Source: Bugula neritina
Taxonomy: Eukaryota > Animalia > Bryozoa
Reading direction: 5' to 3'
DNA: 64,000 bases
Assembly (NCBI GenBank): GCA_964035545.1
Contig: OZ037768.1
Span: 17,343,875 to 17,407,874 of the forward strand
The notes beneath the pieces were generated by a model. It was not told where the DNA came from and made no database searches. It saw nothing but the letters and a program-made list of their open reading frames with translations. The position numbers were made by a program, and so were the translations under genes. Positions 20,901 to 34,199 of the stretch are shown here, piece by piece (position 1 is the stretch's first letter; each line of letters begins with the position of its first letter).

Positions 20901-23900
20901 AGCCTAAAGAGAGCTCCATACTTCCCTAACTAAGTAGATGACTATGACATGACATGACATGACAAGTGACTATGACATCTGATTGCAGGTGAGACGTACA
21001 CTTACCAGTGGTCGTTGGTGCAAGCACCTGACGGCGATGAGAAAGGGCAGACCAGTGGCATGGATTCTCCTACGTTGATATTAACAAAGGTAAGTTCTCA
21101 CCTGTACATAGTTTTCATGTGGAACTAAATCTATGTTCATTTAAGTTTAGCAACGCTTCCAGGAATTACTAATATAGCAAAGTCTATGTGAATTCATTAA
21201 CTACACAATTTTATGTTTGCACTGTATTGTATTATTATGCACTTGTATATAGGAAGTCTTCAGAGCTTTAATTGTTCCGGTCTTAACTTGGATGCAATGA
21301 GGTGTTTTGGAATCTAGTGTAACATTCACTGCAATTAGGCTATGCTATATTTGCGTAATACAAGCATGTGATGTGGTTATAGTTGGTGCCAGGCGTGTAT
21401 GTGCTTACTGTGGATGTGAAAGGAGACAACAAGCAGGGCTCAGCTACTGTTAATGTAACAGTAATGCCAGGTTTGTATTTCGGTGTTCTAATTTTTTTGT
21501 AGTTAAATTGATACATTTTATTTGGAAAACTGAAAAGTATCGTTTCCAATGGTGCCCCATTGTAGATGCAGTTGCACAATGCATACATGTAGTAAACTCC
21601 ACGTCAGATATTGAATTTTTCGCTAGAAATGCTGGGTAACCGGTGGACTGTTTGCCAAAACATTGCCTATTAAAGAAAGGCAGTTTTCAGCATGCTAATA
21701 ACAGCGTAGCTGTGTTGATTTACTGCTACACTTTATTAAGTTATTTTCTTCATCATGTTAAATATCTGCACATTTGATTGCAGAACCAAAAGCTCACACA
21801 CCACCAGTTGCTGTTATAAAACCATCTGTGTTGAATATAAAGGAGGGTACAACAGGAATATTGGATGGCGCAGGTATGTGTTTCAGCTGTATCCCTCTAG
21901 CAGACAGGGAAGTAGTCTCTCCTATCTCATAACATTCTCTAGGTTGGCTCAGCTATTGTACGGCTGCATACCAGCTATTCAATGACTGCTAATCTGTTCT
22001 GTGCATCTAGTTTAGTTTATTTTTATATTTTATATATAAATTGTTCCTTATCTGCATGATCTATTTTTCTTTTTTCATCTGATTGTTTAAATCTCTTGCG
22101 TTTAAGAGAAGGTCTATTTATGTTCATATTGTGACTGAATACTCAAAGCTTTATATATATTCATTCTTTAATTTCACAGTATCTGCTGTGTGAAAGGTTA
22201 GTTTAGTCTGAGGCAAAGATTACATAAGCTTCAAATGTACTGAAGTCTTAGTAAGACCATTATTTAGAATACTGCTTTGTGGTTTAGAAGGTTCTAATAA
22301 ATGGGTTGCGTGTCTAATTTCACTCACTTTCAACTTCCTTTTAATTGATAGCTCAGATGCTATTATTGCTCCTTTTAGAAGTTGGGTCGTTTTACTTAAT
22401 TTTTTAGTACACACTATATATCTCTAGTTTTTAACTGTTTTTTACAGTTCAGCTGCTAATGTATGTATATGTTTTCCTGCATTAAACTGATAAGATGTCA
22501 ACAAATACAGTGAAATAGGTATGCAAAGTTTTTTTTTAATTTTTAGTGTGTGGGAATAATGCTTTTCTCATCTCGTTAGCACACCCAAATTTACTAAAAA
22601 ACTAGGATAAAACATAGAAAAACATGCAAAATTAGAAGAAAAAAGAACTGCCTTAGTTTATTGCAAGAAAGTATATACATTAGCAGCTAAACAGTGAAAA
22701 ATAGCTAAAAACTGGAGATATATAGTGTGTTCTAAATTAAGTAAAATGATTCAGTTTTTATTTAGTTCTTATTATGCAGACAGCACGGTGGATGGCGAGA
22801 CAAAGTCCTACCTCTGGGAGATAGTTAGTGCTCCTATAAATGATGACTATAAGCTGGTGAATGGTAAGGCATCAATACTCCGACTGACAGGGCTGTCACA
22901 TGGTACGTATTCCATCAGACTCACTGTCACTGATGCTGCCGGTCTCAAGAATTCAACAATGGCTGCTGTCAATGTGGAAGAAGTGAGTGCTACTAGTTTA
23001 GTCACTTTGGACTTTAGTATTTGATGTAGTGGCTGTAGTATAGTTGATTGATTCTGAAACGAAAAGATTATTATAGTTATGAGCCCTGAGAAGTTAGCGC
23101 ATTTCATAATGAAAAATACAACTTTTTAAAAGTACTCTTACAAAAGTTTAGAGTCGCCATCCCTGTGAAAAACCCCTTTTTGTTCAACCGGGCTAAGGAC
23201 TTATTCAGATGGGGCACAAGAGCAATTATGACTGGATGTCCTTCCTAACATCACCAATGGCCTTTGTCGGGGCTCGAACCCATGACTTCATGCTTACTTG
23301 GCAAACGCTCTAACCCCTAGACCACGGCTGCTCCCTACTATTGTTGTAATATTTATATATCAGATATCAATAATGTCAACGTAATAAACAGTTGTACTTT
23401 TTTTATAGATAAACTCTATTTTTATAGTACTCTATGTCAGATAGACTAAGTCTATCTTTAGCTTCTAGCTAAAGTTATGAGATTCAAAGTATCTAGTGTT
23501 ATTGAAGACTTTTTGGCAGTTGTATTGTGTACATGTAAATGATTAGATATGTTAAATATTGATTTAGACATGATCTACAGTTGGTTGTCATTTAGCTGCT
23601 CCAGGTGTGTTCTGATATGTTGTTACAACGCGCCCCTGTATAAACTTACTAGCAAATGACTTGTATTCTGTAGGAAGTAGATTATCCCCCCACGGCGAAT
23701 GCAGGCGACGACATTGTTGTAAATCTACCAGTTAACTATGTAACTCTATACGGTAATACCAGCACTGATGATAAGGGCATACACAGTTATGAGTGGAAGG
23801 CTACGGATACAGACTCAACCACTGATCTAGAGGTTAGCTTGTTCTTTGTGTGTTGTTTCTATGGTTACGAGAAACTTGTATTATATTTAGCCAGTTATAC

Positions 23901-26900
23901 CATTGCGAAATATGAGTTGTATCCTCCTTCATATTATCATATTGCAATTAGACTATATTACATTATGGTCAAAATATGTTATTATATTATGGTTATACTG
24001 TATTGTGGTTATAATGTATTCTTACATTATGGTGGTCTGCTGCCTATTATATTATATACTTGAGATATGTAGAATAGTATATAAGCACTTGCACTTCCTT
24101 GAATATAATTACACAATATTTCCCATGCTTCTGTCTTTACCTTACAACCACTACTTCATACTTCAACTACATCAATGCCCCAACACCTTAATCTACATGT
24201 GCATGGTAGTGGCTTATAACTGCCTTTTCTCTAGCATGTGTTCCCTACTTGCAGGGTGTCCACGAGCCATTCCTTCGACTCAAACACTTAACAGAAGGAG
24301 TCTATACATTTGAACTCCTAGTCACCGACACTAAAGGTCAAACCTCAAAAGATGAAGTTCGTGTTTTTGTCCAAACTTCACCAGATAAACCACCCGTGGC
24401 CATGGTTACACACAACTACACAACTGCAAAGCCACAAGACGTTGTCTTATTAGATGGCAGTCCGAGCTCTGATGACCAGGGTATCGTGCAGTACAGGTGG
24501 ACACAACTCAGGTATTTGAAGAGGAATTATATTATGTATATAATATATTCCTATATCACATACCATGCCTATTATCTAAAGTTCAGTAAAGCTGTTGTAA
24601 CTATATTGTGTTTCATAGTCTGTTAAAGATAGCTCTATGCCTTCTACCTCAGGTTTACTGAATGTTTTTCAGTGGGCCAAACCAGGCTAAAATGGACAAC
24701 AGTGACCGAGTGAAGGCTAGTGTAGAAAATCTTATAGAAGGCGAATATGTGTTCAAGCTGACAGTTTCAGATGCTGAAAGTCTGCACGATTCTGCCACAG
24801 TGACTGTTCAAGTCAAATCTCGTGAGTTGAAAATATTGCAATAAATTAGAAATTATTAGAGACATTACTTGCCAAAAATATGCGTGCATCTATGTTCTAT
24901 ATCAGTTTTATAGATTCGTTATGCTGATAATATTTTGCACTGCTTTTAGTTTATTTTTAAGTAAAATTATTAATGCAACTATTGAATAATAATTATGCAT
25001 TTTGCTTTCATACAGTAACTTTGTTTATTGTAAAGGGCGAGTTTATTGAGATGTTTTGCCATCACAATTTGTGACTATTTTCAATTCAAAGTTATTATTG
25101 ATGTTTTGAAATTTAATTAAACCGAAGCTGTGCACAACATTTTACAACTTCTTGTAATTAACAGTTATTTATTAAGACTGGTGTATGCTAATGTCACTGC
25201 GACAACATAGTATGTTCTCCATTGCTTTATCCAGTTAGACGTAATATAGTACACACTAACGTTCTGGGTTTATTTGTGTTAATATTTAAATGGGCGTATT
25301 CTATTTTTAGTTAGCAGTGAAAAGCCAGTGGCTGCAGTGAAAGCACCTCGGACAGTAGAACTGCCTGTCGATATTCTCCGAGTTGATGGCTCCGCCTCCA
25401 CAGTGAATTCTGGGAAGGTAGCGTACAAGTGGAGTAAAAGCGATGACTCGCCAGGCGCTGGCAGTATGGTAAACGGAACCGATACTGCTGCCGTACTACT
25501 TGTTACGGATATGATCTCAGGGGTTTACATATTCACCTTGCAAGTTACGGATGAGGAGGGTAGACAAGACTCTAGCTCTGTTACTATTGATGTGCAGCCA
25601 GGTGAGTGAATACCAGGAGACACATGCCAAAGTATTAGCAAGTGCTTGATTTTCTGCACTCTTCTGTAAAAACTAGTTTCTTTGGTGTCCGGTAAAAATG
25701 GCAGAGGTAATAATGGCACAGGTAATAACAGCACAAATAGCAAAGTACATGTAGGTAAAAATGGCACATTTTTAATATTAAGGTTTGGGGTGGAGGTTAA
25801 GGGTTTGGGAAAATTTAATATCAGTATACCATTTTTACCTACTTTTCCATTTGTGCCATTACTACCTGTGCCATTTTTACTTAAAATCAGTTTCTTTATA
25901 TAATGGTTTTTCATTCAGTCTTGTGATGCTCTTGTTATACCTGAAATAATGTTTACTTGCATCAAATATTAGTGTTTCATATTGTAACATCTGCAAATAA
26001 CTACCTTGTTTTGTATTGTAAACATTCATGTCTGTGGTACACAGGTTTATCTATATTTAGATCCACAAAGCCTAAATTTAGTGGAGATATCTTTAGATGC
26101 ATCTATTGAGTCTTTCACAGAAAAGCATAAAGTAAGTTGTTACTGATCATGTCTAAAAGTAAGTCATCTATTTGTATAGCTTTGTTCACGTCTATGTAAG
26201 TCACCTATTTTTAAAATACAATAATTACTCTGAAATTTGGCTTCAAGCAAATATATCTCAGAAAACTTTGGCTTCAGCATTTTTTTCTTAGTAGGCTGGA
26301 TGTCTACTTATAGTCTTGATTAGCAAAGTCTGATATGTGTAAACATCATTGTGTGTTTATGTTAAATTGAACTTATACAAATTTATTTTGTGTAATTGTT
26401 TTGCCCTCTGGTAAGATTACCTTTGCACTACTGAGGTGTTCCTCATTCTATGGTGTAATAATGTGTATCGTAGAAAGATATGATGACCCAATTGGTTTTA
26501 CTGCTGCCACCACCTTCCATAGGTGCTGCTGAGACTAAGGTGGAGATAACTGGTGTATACCCTGACTATCACAGTGGCAAGTAAGTTTCGTTGCCTCTAT
26601 ATCCTAACTTATTTTCAACAGTATTTTTGTATTTCAATGATTCTACTTTTAGTCTGCAAAGCCTGGTAACCTGAGAATTGATTCAAGCTGAATACATATT
26701 TTATTCTAATGTTTTCTTCAGACGTTACGTTCAGCCAACAATATTTCTATAATCTGTGGTGTCAAAATCTGCATGGTGATGATTTGATTGTTACCAATTA
26801 TATTTGTAGTATGACTGATCTATACATATTAGTAAACATAGACGATTATGAGAAATTTTTATCCTATAAACTAGAATAGAATTTCCTCATTTTAATTGTA

Positions 26901-29900
26901 TAACCATTTCTTAATCTAAAATGTAAACTCAAATATTTCGTTGTAGTTTTAGAACTATCATTTTTTGGTATTAACTTGTTTGAATCGTGTGAAAATATGT
27001 ATTTTGGTTTTTGCATTCTTATTTATAAGTTATATTACAAATTGCCTGTATCAGTAATTCTCGGTGTATAAGAGGGGTCACTGCTTTGATATCTGTGGAG
27101 TTGCCTTTCCTATTATATAAGTAGTTGTTAAAAGTACCGATTCAAGCTTTGCCTGGTATAGTAAAATGATATGATCAGTTAACATGTAACTCCTCCTTGA
27201 AAGATTTTTTATAGCGTATTTTATTCACTGCATCTGATATTTTAGTATTTGTCTCTTACAAGATTCTAATCGGCAACTCTTTAGTATTGATGTGCAGCAT
27301 CTACATTTTCTCTACAGGTCAACAGTGTCTATATTTTCTGTATAGGTTAACACTGTCTACCTTCTCTCTACAGGTCAACAATGTTTACATTTTCTCTACA
27401 GGTTAACCGTGCTGTTCCTGGTTAAAGACTACACCTCACACAATCACTACTCAGTTAGAAATGGAACTGTAGTTGAAGATCAACTCAAACAGAAATTGCA
27501 GAAAGATAACGAGCTGCTGGGCTTCACAGTTTCTCAAATCGACACTGTTGGTTAGTTTATCTTCAAGTGAATAATTGTGCAGAGTTATACTAGTACTCAG
27601 TAGCTGCTGATGGGATTATTTCAACAAAAACATAATTAACTTTTTGTATTTTACTTACAAGTTGGAAATTTATTGGTACTAGTCTTTTATAAAGGAATAA
27701 CAACGGTCAACTGTGGCAATTGGAATTAAGATTATATGTTTTATTGATGTAGTTGAAAAAAATATTCATCTCTTTGAGATATTCGTTTTAAGTTTTAAGA
27801 TCTTTCAAAATATGAGATAAGTTTTGTTTACATGATTTCACTTACTATTAGCTCAGGTACCAAGGTCTTCTGATGTACACTTTTTATATAATTAAAGTTT
27901 GAGATTTACTAAATTCATCTTGTATAAAGATATGTTCATCAGGACACAAATTCTATGCTCCAGGAAGACACATATGTGTTGTGAATGGTTTACATAATCT
28001 TAAGCATTTTTTTCCTCCCGCATTGTATAATGTACTTTTAAGCATGCAAGATGCTATATTAGAATAAGTTAGTTTTAAGCTTCCTAATTAGAAAAAAAAT
28101 GTCATGAACTCTTTATTCTCCAACTCTGCAGCTTGGGTAGCATAATGTGATTTCAAACTGTATTGTAATTGTAACTGTTGTTGGTGATTATATAGTGTGT
28201 CAAAATGATTGTTCTGGACACGGGTATTGTGATCAATTCTCCAAGGAGTGCGTATGTGAACCTTTCTGGATGCCCAACTACGCTCGGGCCACCTGGCAGG
28301 GAGAAAGTAATTGTGGTAAGTTGAACCATTTACTTGTTACTTAGTTAAATCTAATACATTGTGTTTTATTTGTAAGATTTCTGATTAAAATGTTTAGTTT
28401 AAAATCTCAAAGTAAGATACAATTATACGTGCGATGTCTTCTCACAATTGCTATTTAACTCTAGCACTGATGTCAGTGTTTAACTTTTAAACTTATTTTA
28501 TACATAGCACAGGCATTTTATTCCCTGCCTGTAATAAAGTATTTTACATTAGAGTACCGTTTGTATCACTGCCATCATTAAATACATTTTCAGATTATTA
28601 TGTGATGTTGAAACAGTAGGATATTCTAAGTATGCAAACATGTAGCCTGATGAAGAAAATTCTGTGTGGGTTTGCATAGAGCAAGTGTTGTGTTGCTGTT
28701 TTAGATTGGAGTATACTCTACGTGGTGGTGATAACCATAGCCTCCTTGATTGCTCTCATGGCTATTATCTGGATGTGTGTCTGCTGTACTAGAAGGTGTG
28801 TATCTAACTCTTCATTTAACTCTATGAATAAATGACATGTGCATATAACATAATACGCAAGACATTGCATGTGCAAAGGAATGCGAAAGTTTATCGCTCA
28901 ATGCCCATGATTCTTTAACTTTCAATTATTGCCATTTTTGGTAACAAATATTCATGAAGATTTCACATTCCTTGTGTATCTGTTTCACTCACATCCTTTA
29001 TTGCCTTCTGATGTGGGTGAATTGTACATGTTATGTTATATGCACTGAAAACTGTACCAGGCATTTGCACTGTCTGTTACAGGCGTGTATATGCAATGTC
29101 TGATATTTCTGGTATAGTTGTTGTAGAATCGTTGTAATTCTTTGCAGGTTTACATTTCAATACAACTATAATAACAGGTTCGAGTCACTTCATTTTGTGC
29201 ATACATCAGTACTGTTATTGTTCTTCCTGTCAGTGTGTTTGTTTCACAGATATTAAATAGTGTTTATTGTAAACTGTAGTTATCTCCTCTGTACTACGGC
29301 CATGCTTCTACCAGCGCATGTACTTATGTGGTTGTCTCTGTTAGAATTATGTTATTGCATCATGCTGTGAAATAGATTTCTGTTTACAAATAGGATGTAA
29401 CATGATTATAAACATAGATTTTTAGCTTTAAGATTGAATGGTTCAGTGAGTTGTGGGTGGTTATAACATCTTGTAAAAGACTACTTTGGAGGAAATATAA
29501 TATATATCTACTAACCTTGCAATCTCTATCTTTTTACTGTTGTTTGTTTCATTCACAAATCGTTCTCTCTTGTCGCACATTAACATTTCAGATTTGGTCA
29601 CCCAGTTTTAACTTGTGATTGTAATTGGTAAGTGGCAACTGCTTTGCAAATATTCGATATTAGTTGTTGACATGTATGTAGATAGCCAAATGGCTATCTA
29701 CATACATGTCAACAACTAATATCGAATATTTGCAAAGCAGTTGCCACTTACCAATTTAATGTACAAACAAAAAATACTACAAAGTCTTATCAAGTAGTAC
29801 AGTTGATTATTGGGAAGAAAGTCATTTTACCTTCAAAAACTGTTAAGGTTTCAATTATGTGCATTTGATTTAATTCTAAATATAGGTTTTATAATTTATA

Positions 29901-30837
29901 TTGAGCTGTTAACTTGCAAAAGATGACAATTGCAGGTGTAAACGCTCAAGGGGGCGTAGGAAGCACACTTACAAGCTACTGCAAGACATTGAGCAAATGG
30001 AGAATGAGGAGAAATTAGCTAAGAAAAAACGTAAGACCACAGATTTTTAGTAATCTGTTGCTTCTATTTTCTTGTAGATATACGTGCATCAAAATTGATT
30101 CTGGTAACATTTGATTATTAAAACATGAAGTAACTGTATGTACTTTTTAAATGGTTTAGTTTTTCAAGTCAAGTGCCTAATTTGCAATTTCTCTACCTTA
30201 TGTTAGTTTTTATTACGTTTTAGTTGCAAGTATTCCTAGCGTTTGAATTGTACACAGTGCATGTTCCGCATTAATTTTATTTTTTATTTTCGATTTGAAA
30301 TTGAACTGTCAATTCTTACGTTGTATGCTACCTCTCCAATCTTACTTATCAACCATATTTGTGTTGGTAACCAAGTTTTGTACTAAACTTTCGTTTTGGT
30401 AATGGTAAATAACCATATTTTGACCTATCAAAAATAATATTCAAATAAATTTTGGATAGCTGTTGTTGTGCACTGAATAAAGCATATTTCCTGCTATGTA
30501 GATTTTTGGCAACTCAGCTTATTTGTCAACAAATAGATATTATTAGTACAAATCACTTATGGGGCTTGCAGGTTTCTAAATGCAGTTACTATTAAATATT
30601 TATGCATCTTACATAAAAAAGTGGTTCAGCAATGACTAAATATTTAGAATTGTGTTGTTGTTTGTAGGCAACAATATCACGGCAGGTTCAGGCAGCATAT
30701 TCCTCTCCGAGACAGATATGTCTAGCGAAGAAGATACCTTATTTGCTAATGGGGGTAAACTCAATAGCAACAATTTCAATAGTTCTACAGATAACTTTGT
30801 CAAAGCAAATAATTTAAAAAATAAACTGCGTGCCTAG
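17959..30837 (+). CDS. KIAA0319: KIAA0319/KIAA0319L (AAVR)-like type I membrane protein: MANEC, Cys-rich, multiple PKD domains, EGF-like, TM, cytoplasmic tail; first (signal peptide) exon not resolved
   Basis: MANEC exon CVKACCDDPTCNAAFF...CLNIEC at 18350-18523. PKD exons are at about 20787-21089, 21383-21471, 21784-21873, 22781-22982, 23674-23832, 24255-24511, 24673-24821 and 25311-25601, with LDGSxSxDD, YxW and GxYxFxLxVTD motifs. EGF CQNDCSGHGYCD...CVCEPFWMPN...GESNC is at 28196-28315 and TM WSILYVVVITIASLIALMAIIWMCVCC at 28705-28795. The stop codon ends at 30837. Confidence 0.9.
18197..18265 (-). mobile_element. SINE family A head, degenerate
   Basis: The reverse complement begins gggagcagc...caagtaagcacaaagtaatgggttcaaatccc, matching the head of the 23157-23335 copy. 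Confidence 0.55.
22384..22752. mobile_element. MITE family B (TIR ggtca.tttacttaatttagtacacac), intronic copy
   Basis: Long imperfect TIRs gggtcgtttacttaattttttagtacacactatatatctctagtttttaactg / tagctaaaaactggagatatatagtgtgttctaaattaagtaaaatga. The termini match 33558-33978. Confidence 0.7.
23157..23335 (-). mobile_element. tRNA-derived SINE family A, best-preserved copy
   Basis: The minus strand reads gggagcagccgtggtctaggggttagagcg (A box)...gggttcgagccc (B box), then a central domain ggccattggtgatgttaggaaggacatccag. Three other copies occur in the window. Confidence 0.8.
25690..25880. mobile_element. Foldback/MITE-like element with inverted arrays of ggtaaaaatggcac
   Basis: Repeated ggtaa(a/t)aatggca units on the left, inverted gtgccatt(t/a)(t/c)tacc units on the right, and a central ggtttggggtggaggttaagggtttggg tract. 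Confidence 0.6.
27298..27408 (+). repeat. Four tandem 28-bp units each containing a 3' splice site
   Basis: Unit ~tctacattttctctacaggtcaacagtg. The AG dinucleotides end at 27317, 27345, 27373 and 27401. Confidence 0.9.
29623..29756. repeat. Perfect 66-bp inverted repeat with 2-nt spacer
   Basis: 29623-29688 is the exact reverse complement of 29691-29756. The spacer is AA. Confidence 0.95.
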
Positions 30838-31519
30838 TGCAAAATAAGTGCATTGTGATTGCAGTAATCTCTTTGTACCATTCCATTATAAATATTTTTG
30901 ATTCTTCATTGACATAATGTCTATCTGTTGTAGTTTGCATTATATTTTAGTATCATTGTATTGTATGTTTAATGCCTGTTATTTTTTAAACATAATGAAA
31001 ATGATATTCTGAAAAAAAATGTAATCAAAAGATTTTCTAGTCATATTTATATTAACAATCTAATTTTTCCAAAATAAGCTAATAAACTAACTTTTATTAT
31101 ATAAAATTAATAATAAAAATAACAAGGTTATGCAGATAAAAATATTTAAATGATGAAAAATAGAGTGCAATAATAACAGTTGATGTAGTTGTATAAAATT
31201 TAATCAAACAAATACTAAAAACATGTAATAAATAATGTATTGCCAAGATTAACTTGTTAAATTAGAACTGGAGTTACCACAGTTACACACATCTTACAAG
31301 AAATTAGATGCATTTAATAAATATAAATAGTTTCAAGTATACATGCAATAATAACCTATGCATATGGTGGTGTTTGATTTCTAGTGACAAACCTCCTATA
31401 GCTTGCCTTATTATACCAGTATAGTTTCTTTCAATATAATTTAATTGGCTGTTGCAGCTCCAAAATAATATCTTTGCATACATGTTTGAATAGGAAAATA
31501 TTTCTATTGATTGTATAGA

Positions 31520-33501
31520 TCACACCTCATAGTTTCTGAATTTACGAAGAAGGTCATTTCCTTGATGTCTTTCCCAAACAATGTTCCCCATTACATATGA
31601 GGGGGCAGGTTTTGATGCTGGTAACTGCTCTGACGATTGTGTTTCCGTTTCTGGTGCAATCATTGGTTTAGTTTTTGGTTTTGATGCCCAGTGCATAGTC
31701 TGAAATTGCAAGAGAATCAGATTACTGTCCGCCATTAATATTCAAAATCATTATTATAATACAACTTTTAGCAGTGCTGTTAATACACAGTTACTAATAA
31801 TGCTAGTTGAATCACAGCTTATGTTAGGCCAAAATATAAGTTATAAATAGTAAATGTCAGCACATCGTGAACACATTCAATCAACAAGCAAAGATGGAAT
31901 ATAAAATATATAATAAACTTACAGCACGAGTTGATTCACCAAGTTCTTTCCATTTGTTATATGATACAGCCATTCCACTTCTGCGCCATCTATCATATTC
32001 CTCTCGTTTTATTGGATCGGTGAGGACATCTCTAGCGACTTGCAGCTTTTTAAACAACTCTCCTAATAATGACAACAAAATGTAAATAATAGATCATTTG
32101 CACATGCCGATAAGGAATTTGTGGCTATTGTATTAAATTATGTTGTAAATGAAAATACAAAAAACCTCAAATTTAAAGTTTTAAGCTATTGGTCACGACA
32201 ACAAGAAAATCAATGTAACATTAACTGTGCTCCCTACCTGCATGGTGCTGGTTATCGAGATTTTTATCAGGATGGTTTTTTATGGCTTTTAATCTGAACT
32301 CTGTATTGATCTGTTCGACCTGTGTGAGTAATCCAGGAAGTTGTACAAGAAGTATAACACACTGGTTCTTGAAGTTGAAACAAAGAGAGCTGATAGGAGT
32401 AAAATAAACTCAATACCTGTCATTATGGTACTCAAAAATGAAAGGAAATAGAGAAAATTACAAAAAGGTTATAATTATTCATAAAAACACACTAACATAA
32501 AATTGGCTACCAACAATCAAACTAAATGCTGCTTTGAGATAAGATATTTGTAGTCAATGTTGCTATTGTCTCTTGTATAGTAATAATGATAATAATAACA
32601 ATAACCAAATTAGGCCTTCTTCAATGAAACACTAGTTTATTAAAAAAGTAGCCACAAATTTATGGCATACTAAGAAAATAATTTTGTTTGTTGTTGAAAT
32701 CACTGTGAGAACCTGATGAAGGCTTTTAGGATCATGACCTTCTGTCCTGAACCACGCAAGCAACATGACCAAGCTTAACTAAATGCTCTATCTAAGTGCA
32801 TTAATGGTTATTGTAGAAATGGAACCACCAGCCTAACACAGCATGCGCCACGTTAGACAAGAAAAACTTCAATTCACCAGACCACGACTATTAAATGTCA
32901 GATAGTTTTAAAAAACTCAATTTTGAAAAAATTCCAATGAAACAATGTAACCTACAAACTAGTCAAGCTAACAAAACTCATGTGAAAATAAATCATAACT
33001 AGTCCGATTCAAATTGACAAATAGCAGACAAGTTTTTTGTGACAGGTTGCGACAAAAAAGTGTAAGTAATTGCAACACACCCAATGTTAGTTAAATAAAA
33101 GGGTTCCTGTCGTTTCATACACGAGTAGTTTCGTAGACAAGATGGTCGTTACTTACACAAATTGGTGTACACAAAATGAATAACGAATTAACCTCAAACC
33201 CTAAACCTAAATAAATATTAAAAAATATGTATTCTAGTTAATTTATATTGATTTGCACAAAACTACAGGAAAAAGTAGGTATGACCTGCACCCAGGTATG
33301 AAACAACCTGTGTACCAGGTGAACTGCACCCAAATAAAAGCAGGGATAGATGCAGTAGCAAAATATACATATGATTAGGATTGGGCTATATGGCATTGAA
33401 TCATTGATACAACCACTTACATTTGATGTTTCATGGCAACCTAAAATGCTGTAGTAATCTTCATCTTCACAAGGTTCGTAAGACAAAATTGAATCAACCA
33501 T
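31520..33501 (-). CDS. DNAJC12: DnaJ homolog subfamily C member 12 (J-domain protein), 4 coding exons
   Basis: Exons at ~33501-33421 (MVDSILSYEPCEDEDYYSILGCHETSN), ~32319-32238 (EQINTEFRLKAIKNHPDKN, HPD motif), ~32063-31923 (FKKLQVARDVLTDP..REEYDRWRRSG) and ~31699-31520 (MHWA...LLRKFRNYEV*). The last is the diagnostic DNAJC12 C-terminus. Confidence 0.93.
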
Positions 33502-33557
33502 TCTGACCAGTATAACTATAATGATATAATTGAATGCTTACTAAAACAATTTATAAT

Positions 33558-33978
33558 GGGTCAGTTTACTTCATTTAGTACACACCAGCAAATTATGACC
33601 TAACATTAAAGTTTGCTCCAAATCCATTGAAATTTACTATACATGGTATTTTTATGTGCTGGTTTTAATTACGCATAACAGCAAAGGCTGGGAGGGGATT
33701 CCCCAGCATTAAAGCACAGGTCATTGTCATATGCACTTAATATTCTATATGCACGGACCGTTACGAAAAAACCGTAACGGTCCGTAACCAAAACTAGCTG
33801 AATAATTAGGGAAAACGTGGGAAATGAAACAAAATTAAAAAGAACTTTGATTATTTAGGTGTATTTATTGGTGCTTAACTAGTTTTGGCCAAAAAACCAT
33901 GCTCATTACCAGCTAAATTGTGAAAAATAGCTAAAAACTGAAGATTTCGAGTGTGTACTAAATTAAGTAAAATGACCT
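33558..33978. mobile_element. MITE family B copy just upstream of the DNAJC12 ATG (possibly Kolobok-like)
   Basis: TIRs gggtcagtttacttcatttagtacacac / gtgtgtactaaattaagtaaaatgacct, with the right end overlapping a TTAA. There is an internal 13-bp perfect hairpin at 33753-33785. Confidence 0.7.
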
Positions 33979-34199
33979 TAATAATCAATAACAAATTTAT
34001 CAATTAAAAGTTTAAATCTATAGGCTTAACTATATTAAAACAATATTATTATAGACATTAATGTATTTATTGATATTTATAACATAAATATACAAATGGT
34101 GAAATGACTAGATGTTATTTTCGTTAAACAACTTGAACTTAACTCAGAAGTTTACCCAAGTTTTACTAAAAAAGAAAACAAAATAATTCAAACTATAAT

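Noticed and set aside
27298-27408. CRISPR-like 28-bp repeats
   Set aside because: There are no spacers and no cas genes, and the context is a eukaryotic intron.
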